Assembly (NCBI GenBank): GCA_000503835.1 | Contig: CP006914.1 | Location: 721,680-785,679, forward strand | From: a candidate division WWE3 bacterium RAAC2_WWE3_1 | GTDB lineage: Bacteria; Patescibacteriota; WWE3; UBA101185; UBA10185 | Direction of reading: 5' to 3' | DNA length: 64,000 nucleotides | Part shown: one piece after another, positions 47,971-57,656 of the stretch | How the letters are laid out: every line of letters starts with the position of its first letter | Numbering within the stretch: position 1 is the stretch's first letter | Made by a program: the position numbers and the translations under genes | The notes under the pieces: model-generated | Told to the model about the DNA's origin: nothing | What the model saw: the letters and a program-made list of their open reading frames with translations, nothing else | Databases searched by the model: none

Positions 47971-49511
47971 TGGCTTCTTTTGTAGAAAAACACGACAAAT
48001 TCGTGCACAGGGTATTAGAAATGTCTCTGGGTGTGATGACGTGGACACTTCTTACATCTCCGATATGGCTGGGAGTTATTTACCCCCCGGCCATTGTTTA
48101 TATGCTTACCCTTTTTACCGTTTACTGGAGCTATCTTGCGGCCAAACATTCGTTCGGCCTTTTCCTGGGTTACAGGAAATATAAGGAAGAATTGAAAGTA
48201 AATTGGGGCGAAGAGTTCGATAAAATTGCGTTTTCCGAATTACCCGATCCTGCGACTTTGCCGGAGAGCAAGGACGCTCTGAAACACCTTATTCTGATAC
48301 CGGCTGTGAACGAACCCGTGGGTGTTTTAAAAGAGAGCATAGAAAGTATTTTTAACCAGACGTTCAACACTAAAAAGATTACCCTTGTTTATACCCTCGA
48401 GGAGAAATATTCGGAAGAAACCGAAAGGTGTATAAGAGAAATAGTTGGCGACCGTGTTGATAAACTCGAAAAACTTTTGATCTTTGTGCATCCCAGAGGT
48501 ATTGTCGGCGAGGCAATCGGTGCGGCTGCTGCTAACAGGACGTGGGGAGCAAAACACGCGGTCGATGTGTTACGGGAAGAAGGGGCGAACATAAGAAATT
48601 ATATTTTCAGCACTATCGATGCCGATCACGTCCTCCATCCCCAATATTTATCAAGGTTATCCCACCTGTACCTGTCAACAGATAGAAGGGACAACCATTA
48701 TTACTCCACTGCCGTGCACCTTTTCAATAACAATCTCTGGCGTGTGCCCGTTATGATGCGCATTGAGGCTAACGCCGTTACGATGGGAAGTTTATCCGAC
48801 TGGAGTGCCTCCAAAGGCGCTTTGAAAGACAGTTTTTCTTCTTACTCTGCTTCCCTTCAAACCCTGATTGATGCTAATTACTGGGATGTTGCGCTGGGTG
48901 TCGATGATACGATTTTCTACTGGAGAGCGTTTTTTGTACGCAACGGGGATTTTGACGGAGTCCCTCATTATATTCCGTACTCAGCAGATGCAGTGGAAGG
49001 AAGTAGTTACATAGATTCGCACGTCAGACTCTATAGACAGTTACTAAGATGGGGCTGGGGAGCCATAGACTTCCCCTTATCTATGAAAGAGTTTATGAAA
49101 AATAAAAAGATACCCGCTTCAAAAAAAATAGGATGGCTGATTAAACACATCGAAAGAAGAGTCATTTTGATAAATATAGTATTCTTAATTACGTTCGGTT
49201 TCGGACTCGTTACACTGGTTAATCCGTACGTTAAACAGTCCAACTTCGCGTACAGTCTGCCTGACATTATGAGTTTGATATTGACCATAACTTTGGTGTT
49301 TTTGATACCGGCGACGATCTTGAGGATGGGGCTTGTCACACCAATGCCCAAGAAATGGCCTATATGGAGGAAGTTTTTTGTTCTTTTAGAGGGCCCGCTC
49401 ATCATGCTTAATCTTTTGACCTACTCTTTTTTTCCGTGGGTACAGGCTCAGACTAAGATGCTGTTCGGTCACAAAATGAAGGACCTTTACCACACTCCGA
49501 AGGTGAGGTAG
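47967..49511 (+). CDS. membrane-bound family 2 glycosyltransferase-like protein
   Basis: ILIPAVNEPVGVL...NQTF (GT2 DXD-region-like) with N-terminal and C-terminal TM helices. 514 aa. Confidence 0.45.
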   Translation: MMASFVEKHDKFVHRVLEMSLGVMTWTLLTSPIWLGVIYPPAIVYMLTLFTVYWSYLAAKHSFGLFLGYRKYKEELKVNWGEEFDKIAFSELPDPATLPESKDALKHLILIPAVNEPVGVLKESIESIFNQTFNTKKITLVYTLEEKYSEETERCIREIVGDRVDKLEKLLIFVHPRGIVGEAIGAAAANRTWGAKHAVDVLREEGANIRNYIFSTIDADHVLHPQYLSRLSHLYLSTDRRDNHYYSTAVHLFNNNLWRVPVMMRIEANAVTMGSLSDWSASKGALKDSFSSYSASLQTLIDANYWDVALGVDDTIFYWRAFFVRNGDFDGVPHYIPYSADAVEGSSYIDSHVRLYRQLLRWGWGAIDFPLSMKEFMKNKKIPASKKIGWLIKHIERRVILINIVFLITFGFGLVTLVNPYVKQSNFAYSLPDIMSLILTITLVFLIPATILRMGLVTPMPKKWPIWRKFFVLLEGPLIMLNLLTYSFFPWVQAQTKMLFGHKMKDLYHTPKVR

Positions 49512-49521
49512 AAGTTAAGTA

Positions 49522-51027
49522 ATGAATATAATTGCAAGGATAAAAAGATTGTCGGATATTTTCTTCGCGGGCAAAAGAAGGAGCGTCGCACCTTTTGTTT
49601 TGCTGAATATTTTCCTGATACTGCTCGAGGTCTTATATATATTTTCCAGGTATAAGTATATTAATTCAGAAATACCTTTTTGGTTCGCAAAAAGTTGGGG
49701 TGACTTTCAATTATCCCCCAAATACTATATCTATTATTTGCCGGCGACCGCGTTCGTGTTAACTATGCTTGCGGGAACGATAAGATACGTTAATCGTTTA
49801 TACCTGAGATATTTTGATGAGATTGTTTCCTATTTTGTATCCATAGTTAACGTATTCTTTTTCTATTCTATCTATTACATCATACAGTCGGCCTCTCTGC
49901 CTTTTCCGCCCATTATTTCGGCAAAATTTTTAACCTTGGTTCCTCCGTTCATCGCAGCTTTTTTGGCAGTTTATGCGGTGCTCCCGTACTTTATCGATTT
50001 AGCCCACAGGAAACGTCTTGTTACGGACCCGGGAGTGCATACCCACCCGGCGATGCTTTTAAGAGAACCTTCTGCCCGCGGAGGAGGTTTTGTATATGCA
50101 ATAATATTTTTACTTCTTAGTGCGGTATTTCTGGGGGTTGGAAAACAATTCCAGGGTGTTTATCTTTCTGTTTTCATGCTCGCCGTTCTTGGCATCATCG
50201 ATGACTTTCAGAATACCCACCCGACGTCTGAATTCAGGGTGCTGGAAAACCCGCTTTTACGTTTGCTACTGTTGTTCCTCTGTGTGCTTCCCGTAATTTT
50301 ATCGGGCCTGGTCGTAAGCACGGTAAGCATACCTTTTAACGGTCTTGTGAATTTAGGGAATATTAGCATTTCAGTAGGCTCCGTTTCCATACCGGTTGTT
50401 TCCGCTGTTCTAACAATGATCTGGGTTGTCTGGATGATGAACTCTCTTTCGTGGTCCAACGGGATTGATGGACAATTTGCCGGGGTGATAGGTATTTCTT
50501 CAATCTTTGTCGCCATATTGGCATTAAGGTTTGAGGACCTCGAGCCTCTGCAAAGGAGCGTAGCGGTAATGGCTGCAATAAGCGCCGGGGCGGCCTTCGG
50601 ATTTACAAAGTATACGTGGTATCCGTCAAAGATTATGTGGGGTTTCGGTGCGATGGCGGCGGGTCTTGTGATAGCTGCGCTCTCGATTGCAGTTCAAACC
50701 AAGGTTCTGGTTTCGGTACTTTTCATCTTAATACCCTTTCTCGACGCGCTGGTCACTTTCTTCAGAAGAATTTTCCAGGGGAGAAATCCATTATCGGGAG
50801 ACAGGGGGCATCTGCACCATTTGCTGTTGGACAGGGGGTGGAGCGTTCAGAAAATAGCGCGTTTTTATTGGTCCGCAGCACTTGTTTTTGGGCTAATAGG
50901 ACTCTTGTCGCCGGAGAGATACATAGTTAAACTGTCCCTTACAATAATCGGTGCCGTTGGATTTCTTATAGCGCTGTTGAACCTAAAATCATTAGGGCGG
51001 AGAAAGCAGAAACAAGAATCTGCGTAA
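49522..51027 (+). CDS. polyprenyl-phosphate N-acetylhexosamine-1-phosphate transferase family (MraY/WecA, GT4-type) with long N-terminal membrane extension
   Basis: LGIIDDF (DDxxN-like) and NSLSWSNGIDGQFAGV motifs of the MraY/WecA family. 501 aa polytopic. Confidence 0.5.
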   Translation: MNIIARIKRLSDIFFAGKRRSVAPFVLLNIFLILLEVLYIFSRYKYINSEIPFWFAKSWGDFQLSPKYYIYYLPATAFVLTMLAGTIRYVNRLYLRYFDEIVSYFVSIVNVFFFYSIYYIIQSASLPFPPIISAKFLTLVPPFIAAFLAVYAVLPYFIDLAHRKRLVTDPGVHTHPAMLLREPSARGGGFVYAIIFLLLSAVFLGVGKQFQGVYLSVFMLAVLGIIDDFQNTHPTSEFRVLENPLLRLLLLFLCVLPVILSGLVVSTVSIPFNGLVNLGNISISVGSVSIPVVSAVLTMIWVVWMMNSLSWSNGIDGQFAGVIGISSIFVAILALRFEDLEPLQRSVAVMAAISAGAAFGFTKYTWYPSKIMWGFGAMAAGLVIAALSIAVQTKVLVSVLFILIPFLDALVTFFRRIFQGRNPLSGDRGHLHHLLLDRGWSVQKIARFYWSAALVFGLIGLLSPERYIVKLSLTIIGAVGFLIALLNLKSLGRRKQKQESA

Positions 51028-51442
51028 GTATCCCCCACGGGAGAGGAGATTGAAATTGAAGTTTCGCCTGAACCCGGTTATTTATTTTTAGTAAACCGTT
51101 CAGGTTTTTGAGGTACATTGTCATTCCGCTAAGAAGGTCCGGTAAAACTCCCCCTATCCCGCAAATTAGCATTCGGAACGCAAGCGTTGGGTCATTTACA
51201 ATCCAAAGAGCGTAAAGGACCGAAGCTGTTCCTGCGGATACAGCGAGGGACAGTTCTCCGGCTACTGCTAAGGGCCGCCATCCGGAAACCCTTTCTTCTT
51301 CGGTCGTGCCTGAGAAAAAATCCCAATGCGGAACCATGTCGCCCAGGTAATGCATACCTATAGAGACCGGAAACGCTATTAAGGGATTTTTTACCACTGT
51401 CGCCACTGCCAGGCCTACGAGTGTGTGAGGTGTTAGAAGCAT
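50966..51442 (-). CDS. membrane protein, hypothetical
   Basis: 158 aa with 4 hydrophobic helices. Convergent overlap with the upstream gene end. Confidence 0.3.
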   Translation of the reverse strand: MLLTPHTLVGLAVATVVKNPLIAFPVSIGMHYLGDMVPHWDFFSGTTEEERVSGWRPLAVAGELSLAVSAGTASVLYALWIVNDPTLAFRMLICGIGGVLPDLLSGMTMYLKNLNGLLKINNRVQAKLQFQSPLPWGILTQILVSAFSALMILGSTAL

Positions 51443-51653
51443 AACAAGATAGAATTTTAATTTATCTACGTATAAAATTCAACCCCGGTTCACTTTTTTC
51501 ATTCTATTTTCATTTTTGAAGTCTAGTTATTGTTTATTTACATTTTTACTCAAGCCGGAGTAGGAGGATAGGTTCCACACTTACATGAAAAACAAAAGAA
51601 GAATACTCTAATACATGTGGGTGTATATTAAATTGGACTAACGAATATTTCAA

Positions 51654-52322
51654 ATGAGATTTCTCTTAGTTAATTCCGGAAGTTTTCGGGAACAAACTGT
51701 TCTGAACGAAATACGTAAATACGGTGTCTGCGATGTAACCGCCGATTCAGGCGAGTGTCTTTATATGGCAGATTGTACCGAATATGACTGTCTGGTTCTG
51801 ACTCCTAACATAAAAGGAAAACAGGCTCTGGAATTATGCAAAGAACTTCGTGCAAATGATGTCAAAATACCCATAGCGTATCTTTCGCCAAGCCCCAACT
51901 CCGAGGAGAAAGTTCTGTTCCTGAACTCCGGCGCGGACATATATTTGTCATCGAAAGCGCTGGCAGGTGAGTTCCACGCGGAGTTTCGGGTTTTATTAAG
52001 ACGCGACCTGGCTACAAAAACATACGATACGGTAGAGTTTAAAGGATTCAATTTAAACTTGCGCAGCCGCCTGTTATTTTTCGGAGAGCAGGGGGTTCAC
52101 CTGAGAAAAAAGGAGTACGAACTAATGGAGTATTTTGCTTTTAACAGGGGGAGGGTTATTACCCGGGAGATACTTTTAGAGCATATCTGGGAATTGGGTT
52201 TAGAGATTCCTTCGAACACCCTGGTAGTTCATATAAGGAACCTGAGGATAAAATTCAAAATGTATACTTCGGAGCAGATTATTGAGACCAAAAGAGGTCG
52301 CGGATATATTTTGCATGCTTGA
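51654..52322 (+). CDS. OmpR/PhoB-type winged-helix transcriptional regulator with atypical receiver-like N-domain
   Basis: C-terminal LRKKEYELMEYFAFNRGRVITREILLEHIWE...VVHIRNLRIKF...RGRGYIL (trans_reg_C). Confidence 0.55.
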   Translation: MRFLLVNSGSFREQTVLNEIRKYGVCDVTADSGECLYMADCTEYDCLVLTPNIKGKQALELCKELRANDVKIPIAYLSPSPNSEEKVLFLNSGADIYLSSKALAGEFHAEFRVLLRRDLATKTYDTVEFKGFNLNLRSRLLFFGEQGVHLRKKEYELMEYFAFNRGRVITREILLEHIWELGLEIPSNTLVVHIRNLRIKFKMYTSEQIIETKRGRGYILHA

Positions 52323-53299
52323 GAAAAAGTGAAAAAAGCCATATTATTCCACTAATGGTCTACACATTCTATCAACTGATTAGAACGGCACGTCCCAGGC
52401 AGTGGCTGAAAAATTTAAGCCTGTTTGCCGCCCCCATTTTTGCGGGAAGACTGTTTTACCCCGATACTATGGCTTTAACTTCAAAGGCGTTTATTGCTTT
52501 TTGTCTATTATCGTCAGGAAGTTACTTTGTAAACGATATTATCGACGCTCAGAAAGACCGGCTTCACCCGATAAAGAAGAACCGTCCGATAGCTTCCGGC
52601 CGTCTTTCTCCAACCCTCGCATCTATCGTTGCGGGGATTCTTATAGTGTCTTCCCTGCTTGTAGGTTTCGGTGCCGTGGGTACTTACTTCGGATTATCGT
52701 TAGTGGCTTACATAGTTCTGCAGATGTCGTACTCACTGTATTTCAGGAATGTAATAATCATGGACTCTTTGGTTGTGGCTACCGGATTTGTTCTTAGGGT
52801 TTTTGCAGGCGGCCTGGCGTCATACGCATCTATTTCAAGCTGGCTGGCTCTGACCACTATCGGGATTTCTCTTCTTTTGGCGTTTGGAAAGAGAAGATCG
52901 GAAAAGACAATTCTTTCAAGATATTCTCCGTCTCAGGGCGAAATGGCAACGAGAAAAACTCTCAGGCATTACCCTGACAACCTTTTGGATAGCATGATCT
53001 CTATGGCGGCCACTTACACGATAATAACTTACTCACTATTTGTTTTTCAGATATCTCCGAGAGGAACGAACGACGCTTTGTTAAAGATACTGCCTTCAAT
53101 ATTGAAATCTCCGAAGTGGATGATGCTTACTATACCGCTGGTTATCTACGGCGTGGCAAGATATTTGTATGTAATATATGAAAAAGACGAAGCGGAATCT
53201 CCTGAGAGAGTGTTGCTTTCGGATAAACCTCTTCTTCTCACCGTAACTTTTTGGGGGCTTCTGACGATGCTGATTATATTTTTAATTCCCGATCTCTAG
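52319..53299 (+). CDS. UbiA-family prenyltransferase (decaprenyl-phosphate phosphoribosyltransferase-like)
   Basis: NDIIDAQKDRLHPIKKNRPIASGRL (NDxxDxxxD motif). 8-9 TM helices. 326 aa. Confidence 0.7.
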   Translation: MRKSEKSHIIPLMVYTFYQLIRTARPRQWLKNLSLFAAPIFAGRLFYPDTMALTSKAFIAFCLLSSGSYFVNDIIDAQKDRLHPIKKNRPIASGRLSPTLASIVAGILIVSSLLVGFGAVGTYFGLSLVAYIVLQMSYSLYFRNVIIMDSLVVATGFVLRVFAGGLASYASISSWLALTTIGISLLLAFGKRRSEKTILSRYSPSQGEMATRKTLRHYPDNLLDSMISMAATYTIITYSLFVFQISPRGTNDALLKILPSILKSPKWMMLTIPLVIYGVARYLYVIYEKDEAESPERVLLSDKPLLLTVTFWGLLTMLIIFLIPDL

Positions 53300-53599
53300 T
53301 TCGTCAGGCACTGATGATTCAGCGGTTCCGGAAGACCCGGATGTTACCCCGGGCTCTGCAGACTGTCTTGCCATCTCAAGCTCGACTTTTCTTATTATCT
53401 CCTCCAGTTCAACGGGCATGTCGTTGTACAATTTTTCTCCCTTGTTGATATTTTCATCCTGAGCTGACAACACCTCGGAGCTTTCAACTGTCCCCGCGTT
53501 GAAACCTGCCATTGAAACTGCCAGCACCGGTATAAGGAGCAGTAAAGAGAGAACGGAGAAAAGCCCGGCGTTCATAAATAGTTTATTTATGAATTTCAT
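53282..53599 (-). CDS. hypothetical protein with N-terminal TM anchor
   Basis: 105-aa ORF. Confidence 0.3.
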   Translation of the reverse strand: MKFINKLFMNAGLFSVLSLLLLIPVLAVSMAGFNAGTVESSEVLSAQDENINKGEKLYNDMPVELEEIIRKVELEMARQSAEPGVTSGSSGTAESSVPDELEIGN

Positions 53600-53601
53600 A
53601 G

Positions 53602-54159
53602 TTAATCCGTGTTTACCTCCAAAAATGTGACGTTGTGATCCAGACCGTCATCTTCAGATGTCTTAACCTCATTCTCAATATCGGAAATCAAAAAGATAGA
53701 AGAAACCACTGCTACGGTAAGTGTTATGTAGAAAACGAAGGAGTATATGTATGAGTATAACGCCAGAGCTCCGGTAAGTATTGTCATAAGATAGGCATAC
53801 GAGATCCAGATTGCCCCCTTGGTGTAAAGATCCAGTGAACTTTGAACCAACCCCTGCATCCTTAAGGAAAAGAGCATGGCTGTCAATTTCGGCGTAATGT
53901 GGGTGTCATGGAATACGTGGGCTTTCAGAAGGAAAAAGGCAAGGCTTATGGCAAGTACTGCGGTCATTATTAACATTGAGTAGGAGTTTATCTGGATATA
54001 CTGCTCTTTGCCCTCGAAGATAAATCCCTTATTTGTCAGTTCAAACGGCACTTCGAAATACATCGCTAAAAGAGCCATCGAAACTATTCTTGTTGAAACC
54101 AGCACAACCGCGGGAACTATAGCCTGGTCGATAAGTTTAATAAGCAGTTTAGAGAACAT
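53602..54159 (-). CDS. membrane protein, hypothetical
   Basis: 185 aa with 4-5 TM helices. Confidence 0.35.
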   Translation of the reverse strand: MFSKLLIKLIDQAIVPAVVLVSTRIVSMALLAMYFEVPFELTNKGFIFEGKEQYIQINSYSMLIMTAVLAISLAFFLLKAHVFHDTHITPKLTAMLFSLRMQGLVQSSLDLYTKGAIWISYAYLMTILTGALALYSYIYSFVFYITLTVAVVSSIFLISDIENEVKTSEDDGLDHNVTFLEVNTD

Positions 54160-54214
54160 AATATTTGCACCGGCCGGAGAAAGATTTGGGCAGGCTTGAT
54201 ATGATATTACTACT

Positions 54215-55510
54215 ATGCATTTTGTTCCGTCAATAAAACGGTTCTTGAGTAAGCCTTATTTGCTCATATATTCTTTTCTCATTTTTGTCCTGCCTTTTGT
54301 TTTTTCCCGCGAAACCGCCGAACTATATGAGTTTCCCAAGATTACGTTTTTCTATCTGATTTGTACTATCACAGCAGCTTTGTTTCTATCCGATGTCATC
54401 CTGAAACCGCGAAAAATATCTTCGGTTCCTCCGGCTATAGTTCTATTTCTTATTTCGGCCGGTATTTCCACTCTGCTTTCTTCCCACATCTATACCTCGG
54501 TATTTGGATATTATTCGAGATTTGCCGATTCTTTTGTTTTTTATATCACACTCGCTATTTTTTATTACGTTGCAGTGAATGTGTTTTCTGCCGAAGATCT
54601 AAAGACGCTTTTTAAGGTCGCCCAGGCCGGATCCGTGTTTCTTTTTATGTTCGCCCTCGGTCAGTATTTTAAACCGTTCGAATTTTTATGGGGAGGACAG
54701 TTGCAGGACAGGGTGTTCTCGACCCTGGGGCAACCTAATTGGTATGCTCAGTACATCATAATATTGTTAGGGATTAGTTTGTACGAATTCATTTTTCGTA
54801 ACGGGAAGATATATTTTGTTTTGTTTGTTGTTCAGTTCTTTTCTCTTTGGCTGACTTTCTCAATGTCGGGCCTGGCCGGATTTTTAGTGCTTCTCATTTT
54901 TTACTTTTCGCGTTCTTTCCTTGATAAGGAAAAAGCCGAAGAAAGATCGGCCATGGCTTTCCGTTTCGCGGCTGTTGCGCTCGTGACGTTAATCATTCCT
55001 ATTTTATTTCCGGGAATGTTCAGAGAAAGACTTAACGATGTTCTCATCGATGCCAAAAAAATTGTGAGTAAATATACTGTGGTTCGGGCGCAAACCGAAG
55101 ATCAGGCTAATTTTGTTTCTGATCCCGGGTACATAAGATCGGGGTTGTGGAAAGGTACGGTGGACATGATTGTTTCGGAGCCGAAAGTATTTTTGTTCGG
55201 CAGCGGACCGGAAACATTTCCTTATTACTTTCAAAAATTCAGACCTGCCAGCCTGAACTATTCTTCCGAGTGGAACTACGTTTTTAATAAACCCCACAAT
55301 TATTACCTGGAAATGTGGGCGGAACAGGGATTGGCCGGCGTCTTTTCATATATATTTTTACTTTTCTTTTTGTTCAGATGCACAGACAGGAGATATAAAG
55401 GCGGTATTTTGGCATTTGCCGTCACTAACATGTTCGGGTGGCCGACTGTAGCGTCGTCAATACTGTTCTGGCTTTTATTGGTTTCGACCGGGAGGAGGGG
55501 GGAGCTGTGA
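54215..55510 (+). CDS. O-antigen ligase/polymerase-like (Wzy_C) membrane protein
   Basis: 431 aa with about 10 TM helices. Periplasmic loop with NKPHNYYLEMWAEQGLAGV (O-antigen ligase His-containing motif). Confidence 0.5.
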   Translation: MHFVPSIKRFLSKPYLLIYSFLIFVLPFVFSRETAELYEFPKITFFYLICTITAALFLSDVILKPRKISSVPPAIVLFLISAGISTLLSSHIYTSVFGYYSRFADSFVFYITLAIFYYVAVNVFSAEDLKTLFKVAQAGSVFLFMFALGQYFKPFEFLWGGQLQDRVFSTLGQPNWYAQYIIILLGISLYEFIFRNGKIYFVLFVVQFFSLWLTFSMSGLAGFLVLLIFYFSRSFLDKEKAEERSAMAFRFAAVALVTLIIPILFPGMFRERLNDVLIDAKKIVSKYTVVRAQTEDQANFVSDPGYIRSGLWKGTVDMIVSEPKVFLFGSGPETFPYYFQKFRPASLNYSSEWNYVFNKPHNYYLEMWAEQGLAGVFSYIFLLFFLFRCTDRRYKGGILAFAVTNMFGWPTVASSILFWLLLVSTGRRGEL

Positions 55511-56106
55511 AGTTTTTTAAGCTGTTATCGGTAGCGGTAGTTTGGGTCTCTGCGGTCTACGTAATTTCTTTTGTAAATAGAATTTATATGGCGGACAAGC
55601 TATCCGTGCAAGCGTCAGATTTTCTGAAGGAGATGGAGTATGAGAAGGCTTTGAATGCGGCAAACAGATCGTTGGAACTGAATTCTTCAGAGCCCTCGTA
55701 CTACAGAACTAGGGCATTGATATATCTGACGTTGGGTGCTGCAGAAAAAGATGGGGTTAAAAAGCTTGCCCACAAAAGAAGTGCTTACGGTGATCTGCGG
55801 AAATCTCTCAGTTTAAATCCGAATAATCTCGTGACGGAAAGGAATCTCGTTCCGGTTTACTACTTTTTGGCTAACGAAGATCCGGCCGCCGAACCCGGAA
55901 CCGGCAACCATGCCCCGGAGTTTATCAGTGAGACAAAAAATTATTTTCAAATGCTTAAGGGAAAATATTCCCGTGACGCCGGAGTTATCTCGTTGGTTGC
56001 GGATTACGAGAAAAAGCTCGGTTTAATCGAGGAGTATGAGAAAAGTAAGGAAATTATTAGATTACTTAGACCCGACCTGCTGGAGTGGTACGGTTCATTC
56101 AACTAG
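55507..56106 (+). CDS. TPR-repeat protein with N-terminal TM helix
   Basis: GTG start at 55507 after GGAGG, overlapping the upstream stop (GTGA). TPR-like helices. Confidence 0.4.
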   Translation: MKFFKLLSVAVVWVSAVYVISFVNRIYMADKLSVQASDFLKEMEYEKALNAANRSLELNSSEPSYYRTRALIYLTLGAAEKDGVKKLAHKRSAYGDLRKSLSLNPNNLVTERNLVPVYYFLANEDPAAEPGTGNHAPEFISETKNYFQMLKGKYSRDAGVISLVADYEKKLGLIEEYEKSKEIIRLLRPDLLEWYGSFN

Positions 56107-57285
56107 TTCTACATAGTCTGCAGATACCCAGCCCTCCGAAGTATCGGAGACCCTTATTTTCACCCATCCTGTTTGTTCTTCGAGCACCCGGTATATTCCG
56201 CCGGTGTCGACGCGTGTTATTTCGGTTCCATCCAGGCTTGGTTCGCTCCTCACCCTGAGCCATCCGGTAGGGGTTGTCTTTATCTTCGCTTGTTTACCGG
56301 TGGCCACTGTGCCGAGTAAAGTTTCAATGGTTTGTTTGGCCTCTTTAGAAAGTCCGGGTCCGTCGACCGTTCGTCCGAGATAGGCAATTCTACTTTCTGT
56401 TTTAACTGACGCCAGCTCTTCTTTTGTGGTGATGGGCGTCCCTTCCGCATTAAAAAGGTCTCCTTTATATGAAAGGAACAGTTCAAAAAACGTCTCTTTA
56501 TTCTCACCGGTTCCTTCGACGTTCAGGCCTCTGGACTTATTCCAGTGTATTACCGCTTTAGCCCATTCCTGAGGACTTGTGGTAACGACATTATTGTCCG
56601 AAGATAGGTCGTATATATTCCTGGATCCCTCAAAGGATGATATTTTCTGGGGAACGGGCAGAGGGAAGAGCTTAAACGTGGTATTCAGCGTGTACCCCTT
56701 ATTTATAGTTATCCTTGAAGATTGGGGTTCAAATCCTGCTACAACTACTTTTAGCTCGTAATCCCCGTTGCTAATGTTGTTTGACAAGAAAGGGGTGACT
56801 CCTACCTCGGAGTTGTCGATGTAGACTTTGGCTCCCGACGGTTCGCTTATTACCCTGAGGACGTTGCCTGAAGTATCTTTCTCGAACCAAAACTCTCTAC
56901 CTGAACTGAAAGTATCTGAACTCCCGAGATCCCTCACGATACCTACATAATGGATATTGTCGCCCTCACGGGGTAAGAAATTTATAGAAGTTTGGTATTG
57001 TCTATCCCCGCTTTTTAGGGTGACTTTATTGCTTCCTGAGGCTATGTCGTTCGATGTGTACGGTGTTTTACTGACGAATTTATCGTTAATGTATATTTCG
57101 GCCGATTCTCCCGAAACCTCAACATTTAGCCCTGATTTTGACCTTAATTTGTCGGCGTTAGTTATGATATACCCCCCAAAATACACTATAAGTCCCACAC
57201 CTATAATACCGATGATGTAGAGGACGGCGTTGGGCAGTGATTTTTCCTTGTTAGCAATAGTAGATATTGACATGGAACAATACAT
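56095..57285 (-). CDS. membrane-anchored protein with PEGA domains and C-terminal SH3b domain
   Basis: Two PEGA-like segments (YINDKFVSKTPY..., VYIDNSEVGVTPF...) and C-terminal GWLRVRSEPSLDGTEITRVDTGGIYRV...GWVSADYVE. Confidence 0.5.
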   Translation of the reverse strand: MYCSMSISTIANKEKSLPNAVLYIIGIIGVGLIVYFGGYIITNADKLRSKSGLNVEVSGESAEIYINDKFVSKTPYTSNDIASGSNKVTLKSGDRQYQTSINFLPREGDNIHYVGIVRDLGSSDTFSSGREFWFEKDTSGNVLRVISEPSGAKVYIDNSEVGVTPFLSNNISNGDYELKVVVAGFEPQSSRITINKGYTLNTTFKLFPLPVPQKISSFEGSRNIYDLSSDNNVVTTSPQEWAKAVIHWNKSRGLNVEGTGENKETFFELFLSYKGDLFNAEGTPITTKEELASVKTESRIAYLGRTVDGPGLSKEAKQTIETLLGTVATGKQAKIKTTPTGWLRVRSEPSLDGTEITRVDTGGIYRVLEEQTGWVKIRVSDTSEGWVSADYVELVE

Positions 57286-57317
57286 AAATTATCACGGCAA
57301 TGGTAAAATGGCAACAT

Positions 57318-57392
57318 GGCCTGGTAGCCAAGCGGCAAGGCAAGGGTCTGCAAAACCCTCATGCGCGGGTTCGATTCCCGCCCAGGCCTCCA
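57318..57392 (+). tRNA. tRNA-Cys(GCA)
   Basis: Acceptor GGCCTGG/CCAGGCC, D-arm GCC-AAGCGGCAA-GGC, anticodon stem AGGGT/ACCCT with loop CTGCAAA, T-arm GCGGG-TTCGATT-CCCGC, T plus CCA. Confidence 0.8.
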
Positions 57393-57495
57393 AAGACTAC
57401 GACGTACATTTTGTACGGCGAAGTTTTTGTGGTTTGGTAGGAAGAAGCGCCACGCGAAGCGGTTCGACTTTTGGTGCTATAGTAATCTATAGCTC

Positions 57496-57600
57496 AAATG
57501 GAACGTTCTCGAGCGGAGCGAGAGGTTGTTACTTTTTGTAAAGTAAATGGAACGTTCTCGAGCGGAGCGAGAGGTTGTTATTCCCGCCCAGGCCTCCAAA
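57496..57600 (+). repeat. tandem duplicated 36-mer (57496..57531 and 57545..57580) ending in a 21-nt exact copy of the tRNA-Cys 3' end (57580..57600)
   Basis: AAATGGAACGTTCTCGAGCGGAGCGAGAGGTTGTTA occurs twice. ATTCCCGCCCAGGCCTCCAAA is identical to 57374..57394. Confidence 0.6.
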
Positions 57601-57656
57601 AAAGTTCGGCAGGTATGCTGCCTGACGAAGTGTGTCGTCACGGGAACTATCGCTTT

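Noticed and set aside
57498-57656. N-terminal extension of alaS covering the tRNA-Cys repeat region
   Set aside because: The extension translates the tandem repeat and tRNA 3' copy. The conserved AlaRS N-terminus begins at Met 57657.
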